A stretch of 32,000 nt of DNA from Aciduliprofundum boonei T469 (GCF_000025665.1 NC_013926.1:1140001-1172000); one strand, 5' to 3'; numbered from the stretch's first letter, positions 16,901 to 23,398 are shown. The notes: generated by a model not told the origin, from the letters alone. Numbers and translations are program-made.

Positions 16901-17707
16901 AATTATAATGAAGATGGAATTTATGTATATTATTCACAAAAAAATTCAATAGAAAATAATACCATTTATTATGAAAAATATGGCGTATTTTTAAATAGAT
17001 ATTCAAAATACAATATATTGATATATAATACTATTTCTAAAAGCTCTAAATATGGGGTGTATATGGCCTCTTTCTCGGAGTATAATATAATTTACAATAA
17101 CTCATTCTATTACAATCACGGCTCAGGAGATACTTACAATTCGTCGCATATTCAAGCGCGAGATGATGGCTCTGATAATTGGTGGAATTCCACATCAGGT
17201 ATAGGCAATTACTGGCAAGATTGGGCAAACAACAATAATAGCAATGATAAAAATGGAGATGGTATTGTGGACTGGCCCTACAATATAGACGGCTCTGCAG
17301 GTGCGAAGGATTATTATCCACTAAGATGCTCGGTAGAGGAATCTACACCATCTCACCCTTTTAATTTAAATGCTAAAACAGGTAATGGTTATGTAAATTT
17401 AAGCTGGAATCAACCACTATGTAATGGGAGTTCTAATATTACATTATACAAAATATATCGCAATGGTACTCTAATAGCAACAGTACCTGCTACTCAACTT
17501 TGGTACAACGACACTAATGTAGTTCCTGGAGTTAATTACTCATACTATGTCACTGCAGTAAATTCAGTTGGAGAGTCACAGCCCAGCAACACCGTAAAAG
17601 CTACACCAACAGGGGCCATACCAGAGTTCTCAAGTGCGTGGATAGCAATAATAACAATACTATCCTTGCTTGTAGTATTTCGTAGGAGGAAAGTCAAGAA
17701 AACCTGA
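13979..17707 (+). CDS. Secreted, surface-anchored multidomain protein: papain-like (C1) cysteine protease + beta-sandwich domains + right-handed beta-helix repeats + Fn3-like domain + PEF-CTERM-like anchor
   Basis: 1242 aa with a GTG start after GAAGGTGG. Signal/anchor VKVLVISLVLLMIFSGLGVV. Protease motifs DQEWQGSCTAWAVSYY, SPNHAQTIVGYDD and VVNSWGTDWGDHGFYW. About 450 aa of N/G/I-rich ~22-aa repeats ending DKNGDGIVDWPYNI..DYYPL. Fn3-like YVNLSWNQP..YSYYVTAVNSVGES. C-terminus PEFSSAWIAIITILSLLVVFRRRKVKKT. Confidence 0.85.
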   Translation: MVETKSSGFVKVLVISLVLLMIFSGLGVVMNATGVSTHKTSLTSNEANVVKAHILDTSFSDFKFKKISQGDINKMLELREKIIGRLNESDGGKSYHNLPEYNMENSAVRMEHLSYMNTRIDFNNNATPMIDGHATGLILPDRKELENLIGHKMIIGLNTKVREPSSVRWDLDPHFPPVGDQEWQGSCTAWAVSYYQNGFLQRMIYNWTDDSLGHLMSPSWTYNKANFGEDGGSTFEGNIEVIESVGDATLANMTYNPSDYVSWGDENAWRDAPKHRIGNYYLVYFGNDSGIATIKELLQEGYLVTFGIDASQFGNGFADGNYIISSQEYNSNSPNHAQTIVGYDDNITDDGDVGAFRVVNSWGTDWGDHGFYWITYKALEEKISQGWPYARVLVPLSQHPYNPKLLAIWHFSNPGPRDAPVNITIGSENSSLYRTPIWNGGNHYFPSFMALDITEFYNEWVNSSYKDKFYLKIGSSSSGSSTVDSFKIDYYPYGYKYLWQNSTESRDVPAITPLIIKSAEFMPSEYFPYIYINPIHTIFHKYYHLNVTDVILGNAGNSTDALLFYAEATNGWSVHPSYKKIVLRSNEIQNIELNITPPNNVKLGDKTTIKIKVISQNDTSKSYMLNIKEIYLSNIIYIDGDSDFKYQAKIFGWPGNGSEDNPYIISGHKIDASNISFGIYIRNTRVHFIVTDCEIYHSSAYYSWPTPYGEGVWLYNVWYAKIYNNIFHNNGNHTLLRGGDGIFLQYSLYSLVFNNIVYNNWNGITLYYSYENIIKSNIIKNNGESGISILSSGKNSLYHNNMTNNGIFLYGGFNTYITQKIPINNTINGKSVFYYINSNHNFTAPPNIGEIILGNVSNLKIENTTLLGLNYGIQIAYSSNVTIINSTVEGISIQGSNNITVDNTHCEGGIDGVVTMGSSKILIKNSTFKNKQIGVYFFDTEKSIAVNNTFYDCESGIEIVFSSNNLVKNNHIVGNYNEDGIYVYYSQKNSIENNTIYYEKYGVFLNRYSKYNILIYNTISKSSKYGVYMASFSEYNIIYNNSFYYNHGSGDTYNSSHIQARDDGSDNWWNSTSGIGNYWQDWANNNNSNDKNGDGIVDWPYNIDGSAGAKDYYPLRCSVEESTPSHPFNLNAKTGNGYVNLSWNQPLCNGSSNITLYKIYRNGTLIATVPATQLWYNDTNVVPGVNYSYYVTAVNSVGESQPSNTVKATPTGAIPEFSSAWIAIITILSLLVVFRRRKVKKT

Positions 17708-17863
17708 GGTTCAAAACCACAGATTGCAAGGAAATTAAGCTTTACAATATAATCTTGCATATTCTCTCACATAGACAATTTAAAATGACGCCAGAAACAA
17801 ATCTTTATGATTAGCTTTGAATCTATTGAGGGAAAAATATATTCCATGAGGAAATAACAAATA

Positions 17864-17878
17864 GAAAAGTTTAAAATA
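17864..17878 (+). promoter_or_regulatory. BRE/TATA promoter (GAAAAG-TTTAAAATA), 21 nt before ATG 17900
   Basis: A/T-rich TATA box preceded by a purine-rich BRE-like hexamer. The spacing is typical of leaderless archaeal mRNAs. Confidence 0.45.
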
Positions 17879-17899
17879 GAGTGGGGAGATGTATAAATA

Positions 17900-18106
17900 A
17901 TGAGCAAGGAGATCAAGGACAAGAACTATGAGTTCTACATAAATGCGGATTTGAGTGAATATGCTGGGAAGTGGATTGCGATAGTGGATGGCAAGGTTGT
18001 GGCCAGTGGGGAAGATCCTGAGGAAGTATATATGAAAGCAGAGAAAAAAGGTGGTAAGGACATATCCCTAGCGTATGTGCCAACTGATGATCTCTTGATT
18101 TTGTAA
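17900..18106 (+). CDS. Small DUF5678-like protein (68 aa)
   Basis: GKWIAIVDGKVVASGEDPEEVYMKAEKKG is the signature I recall for the small archaeal DUF5678 family. The function is unknown. Confidence 0.55.
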   Translation: MSKEIKDKNYEFYINADLSEYAGKWIAIVDGKVVASGEDPEEVYMKAEKKGGKDISLAYVPTDDLLIL

Positions 18107-18130
18107 ATTATTCTTCCTGCTATATCGTAA

Positions 18131-18145
18131 GAAAACTTTAAAATA
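18131..18145 (+). promoter_or_regulatory. BRE/TATA promoter (GAAAAC-TTTAAAATA), 20 nt before ATG 18166
   Basis: Near-identical to the 17864-17902 cassette, including AGATGTnTAAATA just before the ATG. Confidence 0.45.
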
Positions 18146-18165
18146 TAAGCAAGAGATGTGTAAAT

Positions 18166-18321
18166 ATGGAAGATGTGGGCACGATAGAGAGATTGTACAA
18201 GAAGCTGGACGAGGAAGAGCCAACTGAGGAGGAGCTAAAAATAATAAAAGAGGGTAGAGAAGAGATAAATAAAGGGCAATATGTAAAGCTTGAAGATGCT
18301 TTGGAAATTTTAGATGAGTGA
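18166..18321 (+). CDS. Small acidic antitoxin-like protein (51 aa; below the track's 60-aa cutoff)
   Basis: ATG 18166 to TGA 18319-18321 gives MEDVGTIERLYKKLDEEEPTEEELKIIKEGREEINKGQYVKLEDALEILDE. Its C-terminal pattern is like the aRelB-like protein at 19935 (..G..V.LE....L). It has its own TATA box. Confidence 0.45.
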   Translation: MEDVGTIERLYKKLDEEEPTEEELKIIKEGREEINKGQYVKLEDALEILDE

Positions 18322-18455
18322 AAATAGCTAGTAATCGCTCATAGAAGGAAAATACATTAACTCATCAATGGTAGAAAGTTATAAAGAAAAATTTCCCACC
18401 GGAGTAAGACAAAAATGTTAAATATGTCTTAGTTGTATAGAACAAATTGGTTGAA

Positions 18456-19739
18456 ATGCTCTTGGAAGAGGTCATAGCTGAGTTTCATCGCTTTGGAATT
18501 CCGAAATTGAAGGAGAGGAGCTTAGATTTACCTTTGAATTTGAACAAAGCAATCACTCTTGTTGGACTACGAAGAACGGGAAAGACATATCTATTGTACC
18601 AAACGATACAAAAATTGATAGAAAGGGGAATGAGAATAGAGCGGCTCTTTTACATAAACTTTGAAGATGAGAGAATAGGAAATATGGACTCCAAAGATTT
18701 ATCTCAAATTGTGGAAATATATAGAAAATACAATCCTGATGCAAAGAGCATGTATCTTTTCTTGGATGAAATACAGAATGTAAAAGGTTGGGAGAAATTC
18801 GTGCGCAGGCTTTTGGAGAGAAGAAATGCAAGGCTCTTCATCACAGGCTCATCTTCCAAACTTCTAAGCAAGGAAATTGCAACGACTCTTAGAGGGAGAA
18901 GCTTGAGTTATCATCTTTTTCCTTTATCGTTCAAAGAGTTCTTAAAGTTCAAGGAGTTTAAGCTCAGAGAACCTTTGATAGAAGATGATAGGGGAATGAT
19001 AAAGAAGTATCTAGATGAGTACACCAACTTTGGAGGATTTCCAGAGATTGTAAATTACGAAGAGATACTGAAGATAAGAACTCTCCAAGAATATCTAGAT
19101 TTGATAGTTTACAAGGACTTGGTAGAGAGATACGGAATAAAGAAAATTGGTGTGATGAAGGCATTGATAAAAGCCACAGTGAAGAATTTTGGAAACAGAA
19201 TATCTGTTAAGAAACTCTACAATAGCCTTGGGTCTGGAAATGAGCTTAGCAAGAACAAGATCTATGAGTATTTCTCGTACCTTGATGACATTGGGTTTGT
19301 TATTCCAGTGAGAAAATTTAGCTACAGCGAGATTGAATCTATGAGGAGCATGCCCAAATTATATGTGGTGGACAATGGATTTCCCACACTCTATGGAATG
19401 AAAGATATGGGAAGGAGGATAGAGAATATAGTTGCAGTGGAGCTGATGCGTAGAAAATACTACTACAATCCCACACAAGAATTTGCCTACTATATGGCGG
19501 GAAACAAAGAGGTGGACTTCGTTGTCTACGAGGGGCAAAGAGTTAAAGAATTAATACAAGTTTGTTACGATGTTAGCGATATAAACACCAAAAACAGAGA
19601 GATAGACGCCTTGATAAGAGCTTCCAAAGAGCTGAAATGCAATGATTTAAAAATAATCACATGGGACCATGAGGGCCAAGAGGAAGTAGAGGGAAAGAAA
19701 ATAGAGTATGTTCCACTGTGGAAGTGGCTTCTTGAGTAA
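18456..19739 (+). CDS. AAA ATPase of the AAA_14/DUF4143 (COG1373-like) type
   Basis: Walker A VGLRRTGKTYLL and Walker B YLFLDEIQ. C-terminal EVDFVVYEGQRVKELIQVCYD segment. The start is ATG 18456 or TTG 18447. Confidence 0.8.
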   Translation: MLLEEVIAEFHRFGIPKLKERSLDLPLNLNKAITLVGLRRTGKTYLLYQTIQKLIERGMRIERLFYINFEDERIGNMDSKDLSQIVEIYRKYNPDAKSMYLFLDEIQNVKGWEKFVRRLLERRNARLFITGSSSKLLSKEIATTLRGRSLSYHLFPLSFKEFLKFKEFKLREPLIEDDRGMIKKYLDEYTNFGGFPEIVNYEEILKIRTLQEYLDLIVYKDLVERYGIKKIGVMKALIKATVKNFGNRISVKKLYNSLGSGNELSKNKIYEYFSYLDDIGFVIPVRKFSYSEIESMRSMPKLYVVDNGFPTLYGMKDMGRRIENIVAVELMRRKYYYNPTQEFAYYMAGNKEVDFVVYEGQRVKELIQVCYDVSDINTKNREIDALIRASKELKCNDLKIITWDHEGQEEVEGKKIEYVPLWKWLLE

Positions 19740-19897
19740 CATGATAAGTTAGGTCTAAGAGCTTTCAAAAACATCCATATTTTGTCCTCTTTGAAGGAAA
19801 ATTTGCCCGATATTGAAGTTTCTCCTTGAGGGTGGTATAATTACACCTGTAAAGGTGAAAAACGCTCTCAAATCAAAAAATTTGTAAAAATCCCTTA

Positions 19898-19912
19898 GAA
19901 AAGATTAAAATA
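19898..19912 (+). promoter_or_regulatory. BRE/TATA promoter (GAAAAG-ATTAAAATA), 22 nt before ATG 19935
   Basis: Same architecture and spacing as the promoters at 17864 and 18131. This supports ATG 19935 rather than GTG 19920 as the start. Confidence 0.45.
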
Positions 19913-19934
19913 CAATAAGGTGATAGTAAAGGTG

Positions 19935-20150
19935 ATGGCAACGAATGGCACTGTAGAGATTTTAGAACGACTTGAGGGGGAGATACAAGACATAAAGAAG
20001 ATGCTAGAGAGATTGGAGACTATGCTAATTGGTGAGGAAGAAATATCGGAAGAGGAGAGAAAAGAGCTTGAAGAGAGGATAAAAGAGGCAAAGAATGGAG
20101 ACACAGTGAGCTTGGAAGAGTTTCTCCGTGATTTAAATGTACAGAGTTGA
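19935..20150 (+). CDS. relB: aRelB-like antitoxin (71 aa)
   Basis: Helical acidic protein (LERLEGEIQDIKKMLERLETMLIGEEEISEEERKELEERIKEAKNGDTVSLEEFLRDL). It overlaps by 14 nt the ATG of a RelE-like reading frame. Confidence 0.6.
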   Translation: MATNGTVEILERLEGEIQDIKKMLERLETMLIGEEEISEEERKELEERIKEAKNGDTVSLEEFLRDLNVQS

Positions 20151-20419
20151 GATACATCGCAAAGCCCAGAAAGAGATAAAGTACTTGCCGGAAGATATAA
20201 GAGAAGGTTTTGAATTTAATTATCAATCTGCAATACGCTCCGTATCCTTTTAAAGAGTATGACCTTAAGAAGATTAAAGGATTGAAAGATGTTTATAGGG
20301 TGAGAATAGGAGATTATAGGGTAATCTATCTTGTTAATGATGATCTCAAGAAAGTTACAATTTTAGAGGTAAAAAGGAGAGAAAAAGCATATAGAGATTT
20401 AAAAAATAGAATGCCCTGA
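20137..20419 (+). pseudogene. relE: aRelE/ParE-type toxin gene disrupted by a frameshift in a T-run
   Basis: Frame 1 from ATG 20137 reads MYRVEIHRKAQKEIKYLPEDIREGF... and stops at 20251-20253. Frame 2 from ~20201 reads ..LNLIINLQYAPYPFKEYDLKKIKGLKDVYRVRIGDYRVIYLVNDDLKKVTILEVKRREKAY. The two halves together make one typical RelE. The switch point is GGTTTTG (20206-20212). Confidence 0.7.
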
Positions 20420-20421
20420 GA

Positions 20422-20709
20422 TTATCTTCTCAGCTTCTCAAACAGCCAAGGCTTGTCCTGGGCAAGAGTAATTATTATGCCTTCTAGGTCCTCATCCTCC
20501 GGGTATGTGAGTAATATATTTTCCACCATTTCCTTCATTAGCTTTGCTGGGAGATCTATTGTATGCGGGCCAATCTGAATAAGGTATCTTTCAGATGCTC
20601 TTCTAATCTTCACAAAATTTGTGGTATCCATGCCCTTTATTTCCACCAATCTGGTTATCTCCTCTCCGCCGGATAGCAGAAAGGAGAATCTTACCACATC
20701 ATCACTCAT
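20422..20709 (-). CDS. Hypothetical protein (95 aa), coupled to the upstream wHTH gene
   Basis: Its ATG overlaps the upstream stop (ATGAGTGA, 8 nt). No recognisable motif. Confidence 0.5.
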   Translation of the reverse strand: MSDDVVRFSFLLSGGEEITRLVEIKGMDTTNFVKIRRASERYLIQIGPHTIDLPAKLMKEMVENILLTYPEDEDLEGIIITLAQDKPWLFEKLRR

Positions 20710-21010
20710 CGTTCCTCACCTCTCTTACAAGTATTTTAACATCCTTCTTCAAAATCACATAATCCTTACCTTCAATCCTTATAATTTCTATTATTCCACT
20801 GTACATCAGCTTGTAAAGATGGGGCCTTATAGAGTTTCTCTCCACTGGCAAATCTTGATCTTTTAGAACCTTCAAAAGCTCGGGAATTCGCATTTTTTGT
20901 TTTTTCTTTAAAGCTTGCAGAACCGCAGCCCGTATGTAGTGAGAGAGTCCGTCAGCTAGCACTTCTATGGTGTAAACATCTTTAACTTCTTCATAATTAT
21001 TCATCATCAT
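20702..21010 (-). CDS. Winged-helix (ArsR-like) transcription regulator, divergent from the integrase
   Basis: IRAAVLQALKKKQKMRIPELLKVLKDQDLPVERNSIRPHLYKLMYSGIIEI is a wHTH pattern. The ATG triplet run at 21010/21007/21004 lies 17-23 nt from a TATATATAT box (21028-21036). The track start at 21076 would leave only 24 bp before the integrase ATG. Confidence 0.65.
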   Translation of the reverse strand: MMMNNYEEVKDVYTIEVLADGLSHYIRAAVLQALKKKQKMRIPELLKVLKDQDLPVERNSIRPHLYKLMYSGIIEIIRIEGKDYVILKKDVKILVREVRNDE

Positions 21011-21100
21011 GTAGGTAAGACGAAAGGTATATATATGTTTTTTGCATGATGTCAAAATGTCATTAAATTTAGACATTTAGAAAATGATGAGGGAAGTGAG

Positions 21101-22168
21101 ATGAACATAAGAAAGATAAAAGAGGTGGTAGACGAGGTAAGTAAGGCGTTAGAAAATGGAAACTATGAAGATGCAAGAGATTTGATAGAGAATCTCAGGG
21201 CCATGCTAAAAAGCACAACAGAGTCTAAGGGGTGGCAGAAAAACAAGGATGAATACTTTGCATACTTGAAAACTACGCGGGAAATAAAAACTGTGAAGGA
21301 TCACAGAATCAAGCTTGAAAAAGCAGAAGAGTTTTTGAAGGAAAAGTACGGATATCTTCCAAATCCAGCCTCTATAACGGAGAAAGATGCTAGAGAGTAC
21401 CTTTATTGGTTAAAGCTCAAGGGATACGATAGGAACTATTATCGCAGAGTTTTCCAAGTTTTTATCCAGTTTTTGGCATTCTCTATGAACCCCAGAGCTT
21501 TTAAAATGAGATTTTTAGTGCCAAGAGAGGATAAGAAGCCCATTCTCTACATGGCTGTGGAGGATGTTAAAAAGGCACTTGAGATGTTTGGAGAGCAGAA
21601 TTTTGAAGAGCTAAAGCATAGGACTATGATATGGATCTACGCGTGGACGGGTATAAGATATTCGGAGGTGATAGTCTTAAAGAAGGATGACATAGATTTG
21701 AAAAACAATCTTATCATTGTGAGAGAAGGAAAAGGTGGGCATGAGAGAGTAGTATACATACCTCCAGTGTTGAAGGGTCTTCTTGAAAAATACATTGAAA
21801 GATGGGAAAAGTACATGAAACTGAGAGAGGAGATGGGGTTGAGAACTTCAGAATACCTGTTCTTCTGGATCAAAAGAAACGGGGAGATAATGGATCCTTA
21901 CTGGGGATTTAGAGGATACTTCACACATTTTGCAGATAGGGCAAAGGAAGTAGGCATAGAGAAATTCAATATAAAGAAGTTCAGGGCTACTATAGCTAAG
22001 TTGCTTAGGGAGATAGGAGGTGTAGATCTATCAACAGTTAGTGCTCAGCTTGGACATAGTAGAACTTCCACAACCGAAGAATTCTACCATAGAATGGGAC
22101 CTGTTGGATTGGAAAAACCTTATGAAAAAGTTGAAAAACTTCTTTTGGGTGATAAAAAGGATGATTAG
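21101..22168 (+). CDS. int: Tyrosine recombinase / integrase (intact)
   Basis: 355 aa. Catalytic-type residues appear in order: AWTGIRYSE (R), GKGGHER (K), KKFRATIAK (R), LGHSRTSTTEEFY (H..Y). The stop is 14 nt before attR. Confidence 0.9.
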   Translation: MNIRKIKEVVDEVSKALENGNYEDARDLIENLRAMLKSTTESKGWQKNKDEYFAYLKTTREIKTVKDHRIKLEKAEEFLKEKYGYLPNPASITEKDAREYLYWLKLKGYDRNYYRRVFQVFIQFLAFSMNPRAFKMRFLVPREDKKPILYMAVEDVKKALEMFGEQNFEELKHRTMIWIYAWTGIRYSEVIVLKKDDIDLKNNLIIVREGKGGHERVVYIPPVLKGLLEKYIERWEKYMKLREEMGLRTSEYLFFWIKRNGEIMDPYWGFRGYFTHFADRAKEVGIEKFNIKKFRATIAKLLREIGGVDLSTVSAQLGHSRTSTTEEFYHRMGPVGLEKPYEKVEKLLLGDKKDD

Positions 22169-22182
22169 GTTATTATTCTATA

Positions 22183-22196
22183 CTGCCGGCGGCGCT
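22183..22196 (+). repeat. attR core (CTGCCGGCGGCGCT), a displaced copy of the tRNA-Asn 3' end
   Basis: Exact 14-mer, identical to 8887-8900. It is followed by ATTTTTGT, an oligo-T tract expected of the original tRNA terminator. Confidence 0.75.
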
Positions 22197-22292
22197 ATTT
22201 TTGTATCGCTGGTCGGATGGATTCGCACCCTTCCGACTTTCTTCCAAATTCCTAAGCAAACCTTAAATATTCTGTGTGGATTTTAATTCTTA

Positions 22293-23345
22293 ATGAGAAA
22301 GAGTATTGCAGTTGCAATTAGTGTGGTAATCATAGTGTCAGCAATTGCGGGTGTAGTTCTTCTAGGCACCTACCAGAATAATGATACTCTTAAGATTAAA
22401 ATCCATTTACCTGTGAACTCCTATTTTTATACCACTGGAATCTTTACATTTAAGAATGAGACAATGCTATATCTTGGAGCTAATGTAAGACCGAATGTGG
22501 ATGAAGAAAATAACAGCTATGGTATATTTTATATAACGGCTATCCAAAATAGATATTCCATAGAGGGTAAAGACTGGAAAGAGATATTAAGAGTTAGTGA
22601 AAAAATAGATAGGATAAAAGAATACAGTTATGGAGACTCCGCATATTTTTCTATTATACTATCAAATTTAACCTCCTTGATTGTGAAAATAAACGAGAAT
22701 TTGCAAGTTGATAAAATATGGTATACACACAAATTGGAAATTTATTCTATGCTTATTTCAAACGGATATTTTTATCTATTTGAGAAGAACGAAAATTCCG
22801 CAGAATTAGTGAGAACTAAGGATTTTAACAACTTTACAGAGATTTACAGAATTAAAAATGTTGCATTCATTTTCAACAGTTATTTATTCGCTTTAAATAA
22901 TGAAGTATACCTTGCATATGGAGTCGCTATTTCAAATCTTAGTAATGGAGAAGGTGCTCTTCTGAAAACAAGAGGAACGGGATACAAAGTTATACTAAAT
23001 AATACGCACGCATGGGAAATTTTTGCGTTTTCGCAGGATAATAAAATATTTTATTATGAAACACTAGAGAAAAATATAAATCTATTTGTGATAAATCCAT
23101 TTACCGATAGAATTGAGGGAAAATACAACATTTACTGGGTGCCATTTTACCATAATAATGGCATAACAATTGCAGTAGGGAAGGATATTCTCTATTCAGA
23201 AAACGGCATAAAATTTAAGCCAGTATGCTCCCGTGATGGTATGAGTTTTGATATAAATTCTCCTGACCAAATTGCAATAATAAACCATGAACTTTATGTT
23301 CTACTATTTAATGGTCAAAGTGTAATGGTGAAATGCAGAATATAA
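22293..23345 (+). CDS. Hypothetical N-terminally membrane-anchored protein (350 aa)
   Basis: N-terminal anchor IAVAISVVIIVSAIAGVVLL, then a beta-rich N/Y/I-rich sequence with no recognisable motif. TTAAATAT box 22 nt before the ATG. Confidence 0.6.
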   Translation: MRKSIAVAISVVIIVSAIAGVVLLGTYQNNDTLKIKIHLPVNSYFYTTGIFTFKNETMLYLGANVRPNVDEENNSYGIFYITAIQNRYSIEGKDWKEILRVSEKIDRIKEYSYGDSAYFSIILSNLTSLIVKINENLQVDKIWYTHKLEIYSMLISNGYFYLFEKNENSAELVRTKDFNNFTEIYRIKNVAFIFNSYLFALNNEVYLAYGVAISNLSNGEGALLKTRGTGYKVILNNTHAWEIFAFSQDNKIFYYETLEKNINLFVINPFTDRIEGKYNIYWVPFYHNNGITIAVGKDILYSENGIKFKPVCSRDGMSFDINSPDQIAIINHELYVLLFNGQSVMVKCRI

Positions 23346-23398
23346 CGCCGTTTAACTGCGCAAAATTTTAATATCGCACCGATATTTACCCATTGCAT

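Larger units (their letters stand above)
8887..22196. mobile_element. Integrative element (~13.3 kb) inserted in the 3' end of tRNA-Asn
   Basis: A 14-bp direct repeat lies at both ends. An intact tyrosine integrase ends 14 nt from the right repeat. The content is exclusively accessory or hypothetical genes. An oligo-T tRNA trailer follows the right repeat. Confidence 0.75.

Noticed and set aside
22212-22237. Hairpin GTCGGA...TCCGAC just right of attR, considered as a tRNA fragment or second att site.
   Set aside because: It does not match any tRNA arm consensus or the att core. It is most simply a structure in the native tRNA-Asn trailer or the promoter region of gene 22293.
22041-22286. 81-aa ORF overlapping the integrase 3' end and running across attR.
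   Set aside because: It is out of frame within a well-supported integrase gene. It crosses the element/chromosome junction, so it cannot be an ancestral gene.
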